The notes under the pieces are model-generated. The model saw nothing but the letters and a program-made list of their open reading frames with translations, searched no databases and had not been told where the DNA came from. DNA of 64,000 nucleotides, from the NCBI RefSeq assembly GCF_018977255.1, contig NW_024704743.1, forward strand, positions 28,150,001 through 28,214,000. Reading direction: 5' to 3'. The DNA is from Callorhinchus milii (Eukaryota). Below are positions 53,735 through 64,000 of the stretch, one piece after another. The stretch's first letter is position 1; each line of letters starts with the position of its first letter. The position numbers were made by a program, and so were the translations under genes.

Positions 53735-54085
53735 TAATAATAATAATCCTTGCATTTGATATAGTGCCTTATCACGTCTTTGAGACATCTCATTGTAAAG
53801 TGAACCGACTATTTTGTGGGCACAATGAGGCAGCTAATTGGGCAAAGCAATGTTCCACAAACAGTCGTGAATTGAGTGACCACTATTTTTTTTAAAATTT
53901 GAAGGGATTATTACCCGCGGAAAAGCGATCCACCAATTGACTTAATATCCGGGTTCCTACTTACTGCTAGGTAAACACAGGTGTGTGGAGTAAGGAAACT
54001 TGTCTACCGTTTCGCCCTGTCCAAGAAATGAACCCAAGTCCTCGCTTGTGAGGCGTGTGCTCTAACCAATATGTGACAGGACTCC
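53735..54085 (-). mobile_element. tRNA-derived DeuSINE, long form
   Basis: Reverse complement of the 47170 element. Confidence 0.8.
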
Positions 54086-56716
54086 ACAACCTGATGCATT
54101 CCTTCAACTAAAGGCAGCTGTGCTGTACTTTTGCCCCTTCCTGTTTTAAAACCTATGTCTGATCCCATCTATGGTGACCTCCCCCTTTTCCCCTCACTTG
54201 CCTGGTATTCGGACTGCTGGCATTGAAAAGCTATCGTAAAATGTTATCCTACGCCATATAAATGTTGTCGGTCTAGTTCTTGCACCATCATTTCCAGATG
54301 CTGGACTCATCGGGAACCTAATGCATTCCTTCAAATAAAGGCAGCTCTGCTATACTAAAGCTACATTTCTAAAGCAGCCTTCCCATTTACTCTAATGGAA
54401 AATTTCACAAAATTGTCAGCCACATACAAACTACCTTGTACTGAATCTGCAAATCTAGATCATTTGTGTATTCTCAAGAAGGGGAGCACACTTGATTACT
54501 ATCACCATCCCATTTTAACATAGTTGAAGTTTGTCAGTTTTGCTTGCTTCTAATTATTGATTCCATAATTTTCCAGTTACTGAGGTTCAACCAATATGTC
54601 TGTCACCCTTTGTATGGTAGTGGTGAATACAGGAGCAGCATTCATTTGCTTCCAGTCTGTCAGAACCTTCCCTGTGTTCATTGACTCCCTCAAAATAACT
54701 TAATGCTTCCTAAAGTCAAAGTGAAATCATGACCCCCCCCCACCACATGTATCCATATCGACTTATCCGCTCCCTCCACTCAGCTCCACTTCACCTGCCT
54801 GGCCCACCCCATCATCAGAGGTCGTGCCTTCAGCCTTGCTTCTCTCCATTGGCCTCCTTAAGGCATGTCTCAAGACCCTCGTCGACCTCACCTTTGGTTA
54901 CCCTCCTACCCCTACCCTCCCTGTCCTCCACCTTTCCTGATCCCAATCCCCTGCTCGAGTCCAAATCCCTGACTGTTCAGCATCTTGGGATGTCCTCCCA
55001 ATGTGAAGGCTGCAATAGAAATGTAATTTGTTGTTGGTGAATGGCATATTCTTAATCCTTGATTAAAATATAACTAAGCAATAGATAGTTATTATGTTTG
55101 TTTTCAGAAACAAAGTTGAAAGATCTCCAGCTGGATAGACCATGTATCTACTTGAACCAAGTATATATATCTTAGCAGTCGAAAATCCTACATTCAGCAA
55201 AATACTCTTGTGAACAATTTCTCTACCTCTAAATTGGATATTGCAGTCCCAGCAGTTAACAAAATAAACAGATGTAGCAGAATTATCTCTTTCTCCCGTC
55301 TCCTTTAATTCATAATTGTTGCTGATTTTATTTCATGTTGCATTATATATCTCTGTTCAATTTCACAGCCTTGAGTTTAGATGTCAATCTCTTGCCCCTT
55401 AAACTGCTAGAAAGTTCAGAAAAGTTCCTATCCACCTTGGCTTTGAATACAAAATGCTGTAAATACTAATGGTACAATAATTAAGCTACTCAAATGTCAG
55501 GAAAAGCTTTATTATTATATTAGTCACGCCTTGATGATACGTTATTATGTGGAGAAATTTACATAGTTGGGTTACCTGTAAGTACCTAGGTAGTCCTCTA
55601 TATAGGGTAAAACTTCATTTTTGATAGGTTCCAATAAGTTTAAGATATTTCTCTTAGTCAAGCTGTTGCAAAAATTCCGGTTGCTACTCTCTCTGTGTGA
55701 CATGCAATAAAAATGTTCTGGGAACATTTCTTGCTAGTCTCCCGAACGACAAGACCAAATTAACTCTTTGAATTTTTTAAAAAAAGTAACCCTAGGATTT
55801 TTTTTAAAGTAACTCTCTGGAACTTCCTCCCCAAATCCCTCTGCCGCATCCTCCCCATACTGTTTTTGAAAATCCTAAAAACCTACCTTTACAACTATGC
55901 TTACAACCACTTCCCTCTTCCCCCCTCCCGGTCACTGTCTGTCTTTGTAAAATGCTTTAGGCTGTTGTTTTTGATTCCAGCTGTACCCAGCAATCTTGAA
56001 CACAAATAATTCTGGGCTTATTGCCAAGGTGATAGTAGTTCCTAGACGCAAGAACTTCTTAGACAAAGGCATCGGGATGGATTGACCTTTGCATGATTGC
56101 AAATATCAGGCTTTCTCCATGCTTTATAGACTGGTTTGATGCACAACTTTTTCATGGTGCAATTTATCTGGAACCTATTAAAAGCAGCCGGTTGGGGAAC
56201 TCGTGAAGCACTAACATAGCTTAAGAGTGAATAACCCATCGGTTATGCCCCTGATAGGATGACTCAGCAGTCACAGTCTCGCAGCAAGCTCTCTTCAGCA
56301 CAGCTAATAAGGCCCAACAAGAAAACCTGTTGCTTCACTTTTCATATATAATTTGTGCCTCCCATTCACAGCCTGTTAACCTTTCCAATCCCTTTCCCTA
56401 TTACTGGAGAAAACATCAATGAGTAGAAATGGGCTTCGCCCAAAGATTATCAGTAGGACAATGTTAGATGGGCGGGTGTGAGAAAACATGAAGGAAAGTT
56501 GGGCATGCACTTCATGGGTTCTCTCCAAGATTCAAGTGTTCTGGTGATCTAGAAACAGTGAAGGTCAGAAATTTTACTCATGTTACTTTCTAGTATCTAA
56601 ATGGACCAGAATTTTTAAATTGCCTTAGACCTCAGGTTAAATGCAGCATCTCATACGTTTTACCAGAGTTTTGCTATAATTGAAACAGAAGTGCATACAA
56701 AGAATAGATATCTATG

Positions 56717-57080
56717 TGGAATCCTGTAACTCAGTGGTTAGAGCTCTCATCTCGCAAGTGAGAGACTTGGGTTCGATTCCCGGCAGGGCTAAATGTTACT
56801 CCACATTCCTCTATTTACCTAGCAGTAAGAGGAACCCGGTTGTTAGTCGATTGGCGGATCACTTTTCTGGGGGTGATAATTCCTTAAAAAAAATCAATAA
56901 TAATAAATTGGTCACTTCAATTCACGATTATTTGTGGGACGACTGCTGTGCACAATTGGCTGCCACGTTTTCGCCCACAAAATATGCAGTCAATTCACTA
57001 CAGTATATTCTGCGAAGCACTTTGAGATGTCTCAAAGACGTGATAAGGTGCTATATCAAATGCGAGGATTATTATTATAT
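56717..57080 (+). mobile_element. tRNA-derived DeuSINE, long form
   Basis: A box taactcagtgg, B box ggttcgattcc, same body and tail as 47170. Confidence 0.85.
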
Positions 57081-59154
57081 CAGTATACTATTCTGGTTTA
57101 GAAAATGGCTAGTTGGTAGAAAACTGATGTGTGGTGTGCATGATGAGATAAATAACTGTTAGCCAGTTGCAAGTGGTGTTTTATAGGGAATAGAATTGGG
57201 AATGATGATATGTTTATAATTTTTATGACAAAGGTGTCCAAATTTGGTAATAATGCCAAACTGAGCAATGCAAATGATAAAAATTAATGTGCAAGCATTT
57301 AGTAAAAATTGGGTATACGCAAAGTGATAGCAATAATTTGCTCTGATATAATGCCTTTCACACAAGAAAAGTCTTGATGCCTGTTACAAGGACAGAGTGG
57401 AAGACTGAGCTGGAAGGATTGAGGAGTGGGGGTAGGAGAGAAGGCCAAAATGGCAAAATCAATGGACTTTTGGACAACAACAGATGACACTTGTATAGTG
57501 CCCTTCATGTCGGAAAGAAGTTCCAGGGTGCTGGACAATCAGGAGTTTATGCACCTGAGCTGGGAGTTGGGGTCAGGAGGGGAGGGTGGCGGAAGGAATG
57601 GTTGAAGAGGAAGGCCTTTAGATGGAAGTTGAAGGAGGCAAGAGAAGGGGTGAGCTGGAGGAATGCAGAATAGAGTTCCGGGGTGTGGGGGCAGAGATAT
57701 TGAATGTCTGACCACCAATGGTGAGGTGGGAAGTGTGGGAGATCTGAAGCAGGCCAGTGAGCGCAGAGCAGAGGGAACGGACAAGCTGATATGGGTTAAG
57801 AGGTTGGAGAGGTGGGGAGAGCAAGACCATGGAGGGCTTTGAAGGTGTAAAAAGCGGAGAGAGAGAAAGTGAAACGAGATGTCCAGAGAATGTGAGATAA
57901 CGTGTCTGAAATCTTATCTAGGTTATGGATAGGGGTCATAAAGCAAGACAGAGTTGGTAGACTGGAGGGGCTGGGTGAGGAAGTGGGAGTGTAGAGGTAG
58001 GGTAGAGCCAGGCCAAATAGACATTTGAAGGAAAGCACAATAATTTTAAAGTTCATTGAGGGAATAGAAGCCAGGGGAGCCAAAAAGGATGGGGGTGATG
58101 GGCTCCCAGAGCCTAGGATGGAAGACAATGTGGGCTACAAGATTTTGGATGATTTGGAGCTTGTGAAAGGTAGAGCTGCAAGGCCATGGTAAAGGGCATT
58201 AATAATAATAAAAAAAATAATCCTTGCATTTGATGTAGCGCCTTAACACACTGTCGAAATGTCTCAAAGCAATTCCAGAACTTGATATCTGACAGGCATT
58301 CTCAGAACAGCAGTCAGAAAATGCCCGCTCCCTCCGCACTGTGGGTACTGGCCTGCTCCATATCCCTTGCCCTGCCCGTTCCACTATCGCCAGTCGGGCT
58401 TCAGCCTTTCTGCCCTACCTGTGGAACTCCTATCGCAGAGCCCTTGCACCTCGCCCTCTCCCATGACTCTTTCAAGACCTGTGCAATTGGCTGCCACGTT
58501 TCACCCACAAAATACACAATCCAATTTACAGAATATCCTGTAAAGCTCTTTGAGATGTATCAAAGACGTGATATTATTACAATTATTATTACAAATGCCA
58601 TGATTATTATTACTAAGACCCAACTGAAGACCTTCCTCTTTGACCAACCTCCCATCCCTCTTGGCCCCCACCTCTCTTGACACAAACTCCCAGCTCTGGT
58701 GCAAGCCCTTTACTGTCCTTGAGACATCCTACTTACGTGAAGAGCACTATATAAATGCAATTTATTGCTGTTATGGATGAACTGGGTAACTTTGTGGAAA
58801 TGAAAAAAGCAATCTTGGTCAGAACCTAGATGAAAGGCTTAAAAGAGAGTTGTTGGGACCTGGATTAATTGCCCTTTAAGATGAAAAGCTTAGAGAGTTG
58901 AGGGTCAAACAAAACACTGAGAGGGAGCACAGAGATGAGCAAAAGGTGAAAGATGGCTAATGACTTTGAATATAGGGAAATGTTGTTATGAGATGGCTTT
59001 TACTAATGAGTTTTTTGAAAACGGTGGTGCTCAGTCCAGCAATAGAAGCTAATTTTAGGAATGTATGATATATAATTTGGTCATTCAATCCATGACTGTT
59101 TGTGTGACACTGCTGTGCAATTGGCTGCCTCGTTTCGCCCACAAATATACAACA

Positions 59155-59856
59155 ATAAAATTACATTTGTAAAGTGCATTTCATGCCGAGAGGACGTCCC
59201 AAGGTGCTGAACAGTCAGGTATCAGGAACCGAGCATGGGGGCAGGGTTGGGATGAGGGTGGGCGGAGGGGCATGAGGGTGGCTGAAGGCATGGTCAAAAA
59301 GGAGGATCTTGAGTCGTGCCTTGAAGGAGGCAAAAGAGGGAGCAAGGCAAAGAGATTGTGAGATGGAGTTCCAAAGAGTAGGGGTAGAGAGGCTGAAAGC
59401 CAAGCCACCGATGGTAGAGAGGGTCGGTTGGGAGATCTCTAGCAGGCCAGAGCCTGCTGAACGGAGGGAGTGGACAGGTCAGAGGTGTAGGAGGGGGCAA
59501 GGCCACGGAGGGGCTTGAAAGTGAGGACAAGGATTTTGAATTCTTTCCTCTGAGGGATGGGAAGCCAATGGAGCCGGGCAAGGGTAGGGGGTGATGGGTC
59601 ATGGTGCAGGAGAAGATACAAGCTGCAGAGTTCTGGATGATCTGCAGCTTGTAGAGACGAGTTGGGGAGACCGAAAAGGAGGGAGTTTCCGTAGTCAAGC
59701 CTTGAGGTGACAAATGCGTGTATGAGGGAATCGGCGGCCTGAGGGGTGAGGCAGTGGCGGAGTCGGGCAATGTTGCGGAGGTGGGGGAAGGCAGATCAGT
59801 TCATGGCATGGATATGGGAGAGAAAGGACAGTTGAGGGTTGAACAAGATGCCAGGT
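59155..59856 (-). mobile_element. L2-clade LINE 3' fragment
   Basis: ORF2 C-terminal motifs LYKLQIIQNSAA and LARLHWLPIPQRKEFKILVLTFKPLRGLAPSY, plus 3' UTR. Related fragments at about 1870-2260(-), 10235-10690(-), 14205-14490(-), 44965-45370(+), 52105-52380(+), 54740-55035(+), 57480-58200(-), 61185-61580(+). Confidence 0.85.
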
Positions 59857-60289
59857 ACAGTCATGCATTCAATTCAATTTACAGTATAGTTTGTGAAGCG
59901 CTTTGAGATGTCTCGAAGGTGTGAAAAGCGCTATATCAAATGCAAGGATTATCCTTTTGATTGTGGTTGTGTACTGTAAACAGAATGAGCAAGCAAAGTG
60001 TGACATTAAGTTAAGCCTGTTAAATGTTTATAAGTATTGAAATGTTTGGCAATCAAATTTGACCCAAGTTGCCCATATGTAAATCCATGGTTTCATACAG
60101 TATTAACCTGGCAAGTTTAAAATTGTCTGTTATCTGATTGATTTTGTATATACAGTTCATATATTATGTATAAAATATATATGAAGTGCAATGACTAGGT
60201 TTAACTGTTAACCTCATAGTACTGTAGAAGACTATTAAAGATAGAGTCTCACCATTGGTACCCTTTTTAAAAACAATAATTTGAAGATA

Positions 60290-60636
60290 ATATAATAATA
60301 ATCCTTGCATTTGTTATAGCACCTACCACGTCTTAGAGACTTCTTAAACTGCTTTGCAGAATATACTGTAAAGTGAATTGACTGTATATTTTGTGGGCGA
60401 AACACGGCAGCCAATTGCACACAGTAGTGTCCGACAAACAGTCATGTATTGAAGTGACCAATTTGTTATTTTTTAAAAAAATTTTAAGGAATTATTACCC
60501 CCAGAAAAGTGATCCGCCAAATGACTAACAACTGGGTTCCTACTTACTGCTAGGTAAACAGAGGCGTGAGGAGTAAGAAAACTTGCCCAGCGCTTGCAAG
60601 ACGAGTTGCTCTAACCAGTGAGCTTTACAGGACTCC
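60290..60636 (-). mobile_element. tRNA-derived DeuSINE, long form
   Basis: Reverse complement of the same family, with part of the head deleted. Confidence 0.8.
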
Positions 60637-60729
60637 AAAATATAATTGCCGTCCTCTTGTTTTTCTCTTTTGACTTATTTTTGTGTATAAGAATATTTTA
60701 GCTTAAACAGCAGATAACAAGGAACAGAA

Positions 60730-60880
60730 TTACAATGAAACCTGTTAAAGCAACCACCTCTGTTCAGCAACCACCAGCTGCCAACAGACACCCTGGAACA
60801 GTCCTGATCAATTTTCCATAATAAACCATCTCTATTCAGCAACGACCTGTCTAGTGCAACCAGTGGGCACTCTTTAAGCC
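60730..60880 (+). mobile_element. Tigger/pogo-like DNA transposon end
   Basis: TA|CAATGAAACCTGTTAAAGCAACCACC with reiterated cagcaaccacc subterminal motifs. Similar TA|CAGT ends at about 50656(+) and 49985(-). Confidence 0.45.
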
Positions 60881-60962
60881 TTTTTTCCTGTAAATGTGCA
60901 GACACCCTTTTCAGGGGCCAGTTCTAAATGAATTTAAGTGTACTTACTGGTAATGCCTTACC

Positions 60963-61120
60963 AATTTTCGCAGGCCTGAATGTAGACTCCCACTGGACTC
61001 ATAGCACATTTACGAATGCTGTACTGAGCAGCCCACAACTTATCACCTCACTGGTGAGGCAGTGTTGGTAAATGCGCTAAGAGTCTAGCAGGAATCTACA
61101 TGCCGGCCTGCAGAATTTTT
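60963..61120. repeat. Imperfect inverted repeat (MITE-like palindrome)
   Basis: Left arm gcaggcctgaatgtagactcccactggactcatagcacatttac versus reverse complement of right arm gcaggccggcatgtagattcctgctagactcttagcgcatttac. Confidence 0.8.
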
Positions 61121-62577
61121 AATAAAAAATTCAGACCCAGTCAACAAACCATTATTCAGAGGCCACCCTTACATAAAGGTAACTTGGTCCTCACTTTCAA
61201 AGCCCGCCATGGCCTTGCTCCCCCTACCTCTGCGACCTGCTAACCCCCTACCAACCTGCCCGCCCCCTCTGCTCAGCAGGCACCGACCAGCCTCATGTAC
61301 TCCACCTCTCCTGCCCCACCATTGGCAGGTGGACCTTCTGCCACTCTGCCCTCACCCTCTGGAATTCCATCCCACAGTCCTTCTGCCTCGCCCCCTTAAT
61401 TGCCTCTTTCAAGACCGGTCTCAAGAACCTCCTCTTCGACCATGTCTTTGGTCACCCTCCTTCACCTCCTGCCTTTCACCCTCCCTGATCCCAACTCCCA
61501 GCTCGGGTCCGAAACATTAATTGTCCAGCACCTTCGGACGTCCTCCCGACGTGAAAGACGCTATACAAATGTAATTTTTTTTATTTCTCCATGAATTTGA
61601 AGTTGGCTCGCTTATGTTGTTCATCATTGGTTATTGATCCAGTCCCTCATAACTATAAGCTCTAATCATTTAAACCAGAGGAAAACATTCTTTTTAAATT
61701 ACCAAAGTAAACATTAATGCAAAAAATATTTTAATGTTTGAAACAAATTCATGGTGAGATCTGCTCTTTAATTTTTGATGATGTTCGTTGTCTGTTCATT
61801 CTGGCAGCTTTTCATCTGTTCCTGGTATATTTGTAATACAGTTTAGTCTTGTACAGTATACAGTGTATACTGACTTGTATCTGCCAGTCAGCCTCGTGAT
61901 ATTATTCCATGTTGTACTTTTCTATTTTGATGTAATTATAGATTTGTTTTTGACTGGCACTGTTGTGATCCTGTTGCATGGTTTAAAGGGCCACTGTCTC
62001 CATGAAAAAAAGTCTTTGACAATCTTTTTGTATTTGGAGAAAAAACTTGCCTTTGTTTGTTTACAGACACTCTTTCTCACAGGTGTGTCTCTTTCAAAGC
62101 TCAGTTTGCTATCTTTCAAACTCATTGTTTAAAAGTTGATAGGAAAAGTACAAGTTTTAGGGACTATGTGTAAGGAAGGACTAGTCTGCTCCCTTCCATT
62201 TCTGAGACCCAAATTTCAAGTTTATTCCAACTAAAGGGATGACAATCTCAACTGTCTGATGGCTGTAAAAATCATAAATCAAATGAATTTAGGCTATTCG
62301 ATAAGCCCGTAGCATAAATCAATTCATAATTTAATGTTCTTTAGCACAAAATAGGGCAGGTTTTCCCAGTGGAGCTTCAAGGACAACTGTTGTGTTAAAT
62401 GAAGAGTCACGCTGATTCAGGAAGAAAGAGCTTTGCTTTGAGGCTGAAGCTGAGGCACATTGTTGAGACAGATCTGAAAGTTGATGAAGCTGGTTATGAA
62501 GAGTATAAAATGTTACATTAAAAAAAGATATTTGGGGCATAGTAAATCACTGTGTGCAACGTTTCTGTTCCCCACAG

Positions 62578-62727
62578 GAGTACAAGCGGAAACTAGCCAA
62601 GGTCACACAAGTGCGAAAAGAGCTGAAGTCCCACATCCAAAGCTTGCCTGATCTTTCCCAGCTTCCAAATGTGACGGGGGGACTAGCACCATTGCCCTCT
62701 GCAGGCGATCTGTTCTCCACCGATTGA
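62578..62727 (+). CDS. RPRD1A: RPRD1 exon 7, terminal (EYKRKLAKVTQVRKELKSHIQSLPDLSQLPNVTGGLAPLPSAGDLFSTD*)
   Basis: ttctgttccccacag| acceptor; TGA at 62725-62727. Spliced CDS is 933 nt = 310 aa plus stop. Confidence 0.92.
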   Translation, partial: EYKRKLAKVTQVRKELKSHIQSLPDLSQLPNVTGGLAPLPSAGDLFSTD

Positions 62728-62890
62728 TACTGCATCACTCTTCTTAAATAACTTTTGAAAAGGACAGAAAGATTGCACAATTTTCAGAGCTCCATATTTC
62801 CCTTGTTTTAAGACAGATCAGACCTATAATTGCTGCAGTACTATTTTTCTATATCCATAAGATCACAGTCCTTAGAGTAGATATGATCAA

Positions 62891-62896
62891 AATAAA
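62891..62896 (+). terminator. Candidate polyadenylation signal of RPRD1
   Basis: First AATAAA, 164 nt after the stop codon. No transcript evidence. Confidence 0.4.
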
Positions 62897-63208
62897 GATG
62901 AACGAAAAAGCGATCTACTGTTTGCAGAATGAGGCAGTTGATGGATAAACAGTGTATGCAACCGGTCATTCAATGAGTCAATGAACGTCAAGGCATGTAA
63001 CGTAATGACTTAAGTGTCTTGTGAAAGGCATAGTGTTTTGTTAGTTGGAAAGATTTGTGTTATACTTGGTTCAGTAGGCAGCCTGGTTGGCATAGTACAT
63101 AACTGAGTGCTGTATGACTGGCTCTGTCCTATTACAGTAGCAGCCCTCCCAACTTTGCATTTCTTGGAAACCACAGCAGATCTAACTGTGAAGAGGTATA
63201 AGAGATAT

Positions 63209-63289
63209 TGAAGGAAGGAAGGGATGGAAGGAAGAAAAGGTAAGGAAGGAAAGGAAGGAAAGGGAAGGAAAGGAAGGAAAGGGAAGGAA
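63209..63289 (+). repeat. (GAAG)n-type purine microsatellite
   Basis: Directly visible. Confidence 0.9.
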
Positions 63290-63493
63290 TCGATCAATCA
63301 ATGGTTACTTGTCAAACAATCAGCATTCTTACTAATACCCAAACAAGTGCACAAAATCACTTTGGGATTCTGGTACAATCGCTGAACTCTGAAACAAATA
63401 CAGTAACTGTGCTGATCAAGTTTTAAGAATGTATTTCTTTCAGAGCAACAACTGTAGATGCACACTTGAATTGGACATGTTTCGCTCACTGTG

Positions 63494-63815
63494 AAATAAT
63501 AATAATAATAATCCTTGCATTTGATATAGCGCTTTTCACGTCGGGAGGACGTCCCAAAGCACTTCACAGAACACACTGTAAAGTGAATTGACTGTATATT
63601 TGTGGGCGAACGCGGCAGCCAATTGTGCACAGCAATGTCCCACAAACAGTCATGGATGAAAACTACCAATTTATTATTGTTTTGTTTTTTGGAGGGATTA
63701 TTATTAGGCTCTGTGTGGAGTAAGGAAACTTGCCCAAGGTTTCGCCCTGTTTGGAATTGAACTCGGGTCTCTCGCTTGCAAAGCGAGTGCTCTAACCACT
63801 GAGCTACAGGACTCC
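63494..63815 (-). mobile_element. tRNA-derived DeuSINE, short form (well-preserved copy)
   Basis: Complete head ggagtcctgtagctcagtggttagagcactcgctttgcaagcgagagacccgagttcaattcc and (ATT)n tail. Confidence 0.88.
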
Positions 63816-64000
63816 AAATGTATGTTGAACTTTATATAGAGGTATGTGGAAAAGGCAGGGCATTGGGAATAAAAATTTGCCAAGATTTAATCAGCTGGTG
63901 GAACAGGCATAAGGGGCCGAAAGGCTTCTTCCTGTTTATATTTTCCCATGTTCCTAAAAAAAATCCCCCACTCTATACGTGTTGCAGCTGACTCAGCGTC

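Noticed and set aside
56717..56790. tRNA-Ala-like sequence (also at 38349, 47170, 63745 and 6950)
   Set aside because: These are SINE heads: they run directly into SINE body and tail, with no terminator and degenerate stems.

Overview
Eukaryotic, repeat-rich vertebrate DNA. The DeuSINE/L2/CR1 repeat landscape points to a cartilaginous fish (inference). The only intact gene I can support is a 7-exon + strand RPRD1-family gene (RNA Pol II CTD-interacting-domain protein). Its CDS exons are 30291-30441, 42695-42824, 44808-44914, 45438-45529, 45957-46083, 46211-46386 and 62578-62727 (933 nt, 310 aa), and it is most likely RPRD1A. Its first exon is sandwiched between two tandem arrays. Upstream is a 42-unit 30-bp minisatellite that is an amplified CRE/CCAAT promoter module, split by a TSD-flanked retroposon. 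Downstream is a 2.7-kb GA-rich compound satellite starting just after the first splice donor. On the minus strand at about 1.1-10.2 kb there are collinear, heavily decayed exon-like remnants resembling a TGM1/F13A-type transglutaminase pseudogene (matched by eye, needs tblastn). The rest is SINE/LINE/DNA-transposon debris; repeat boundaries are approximate. No CRISPR, rRNA or genuine tRNA gene was found.
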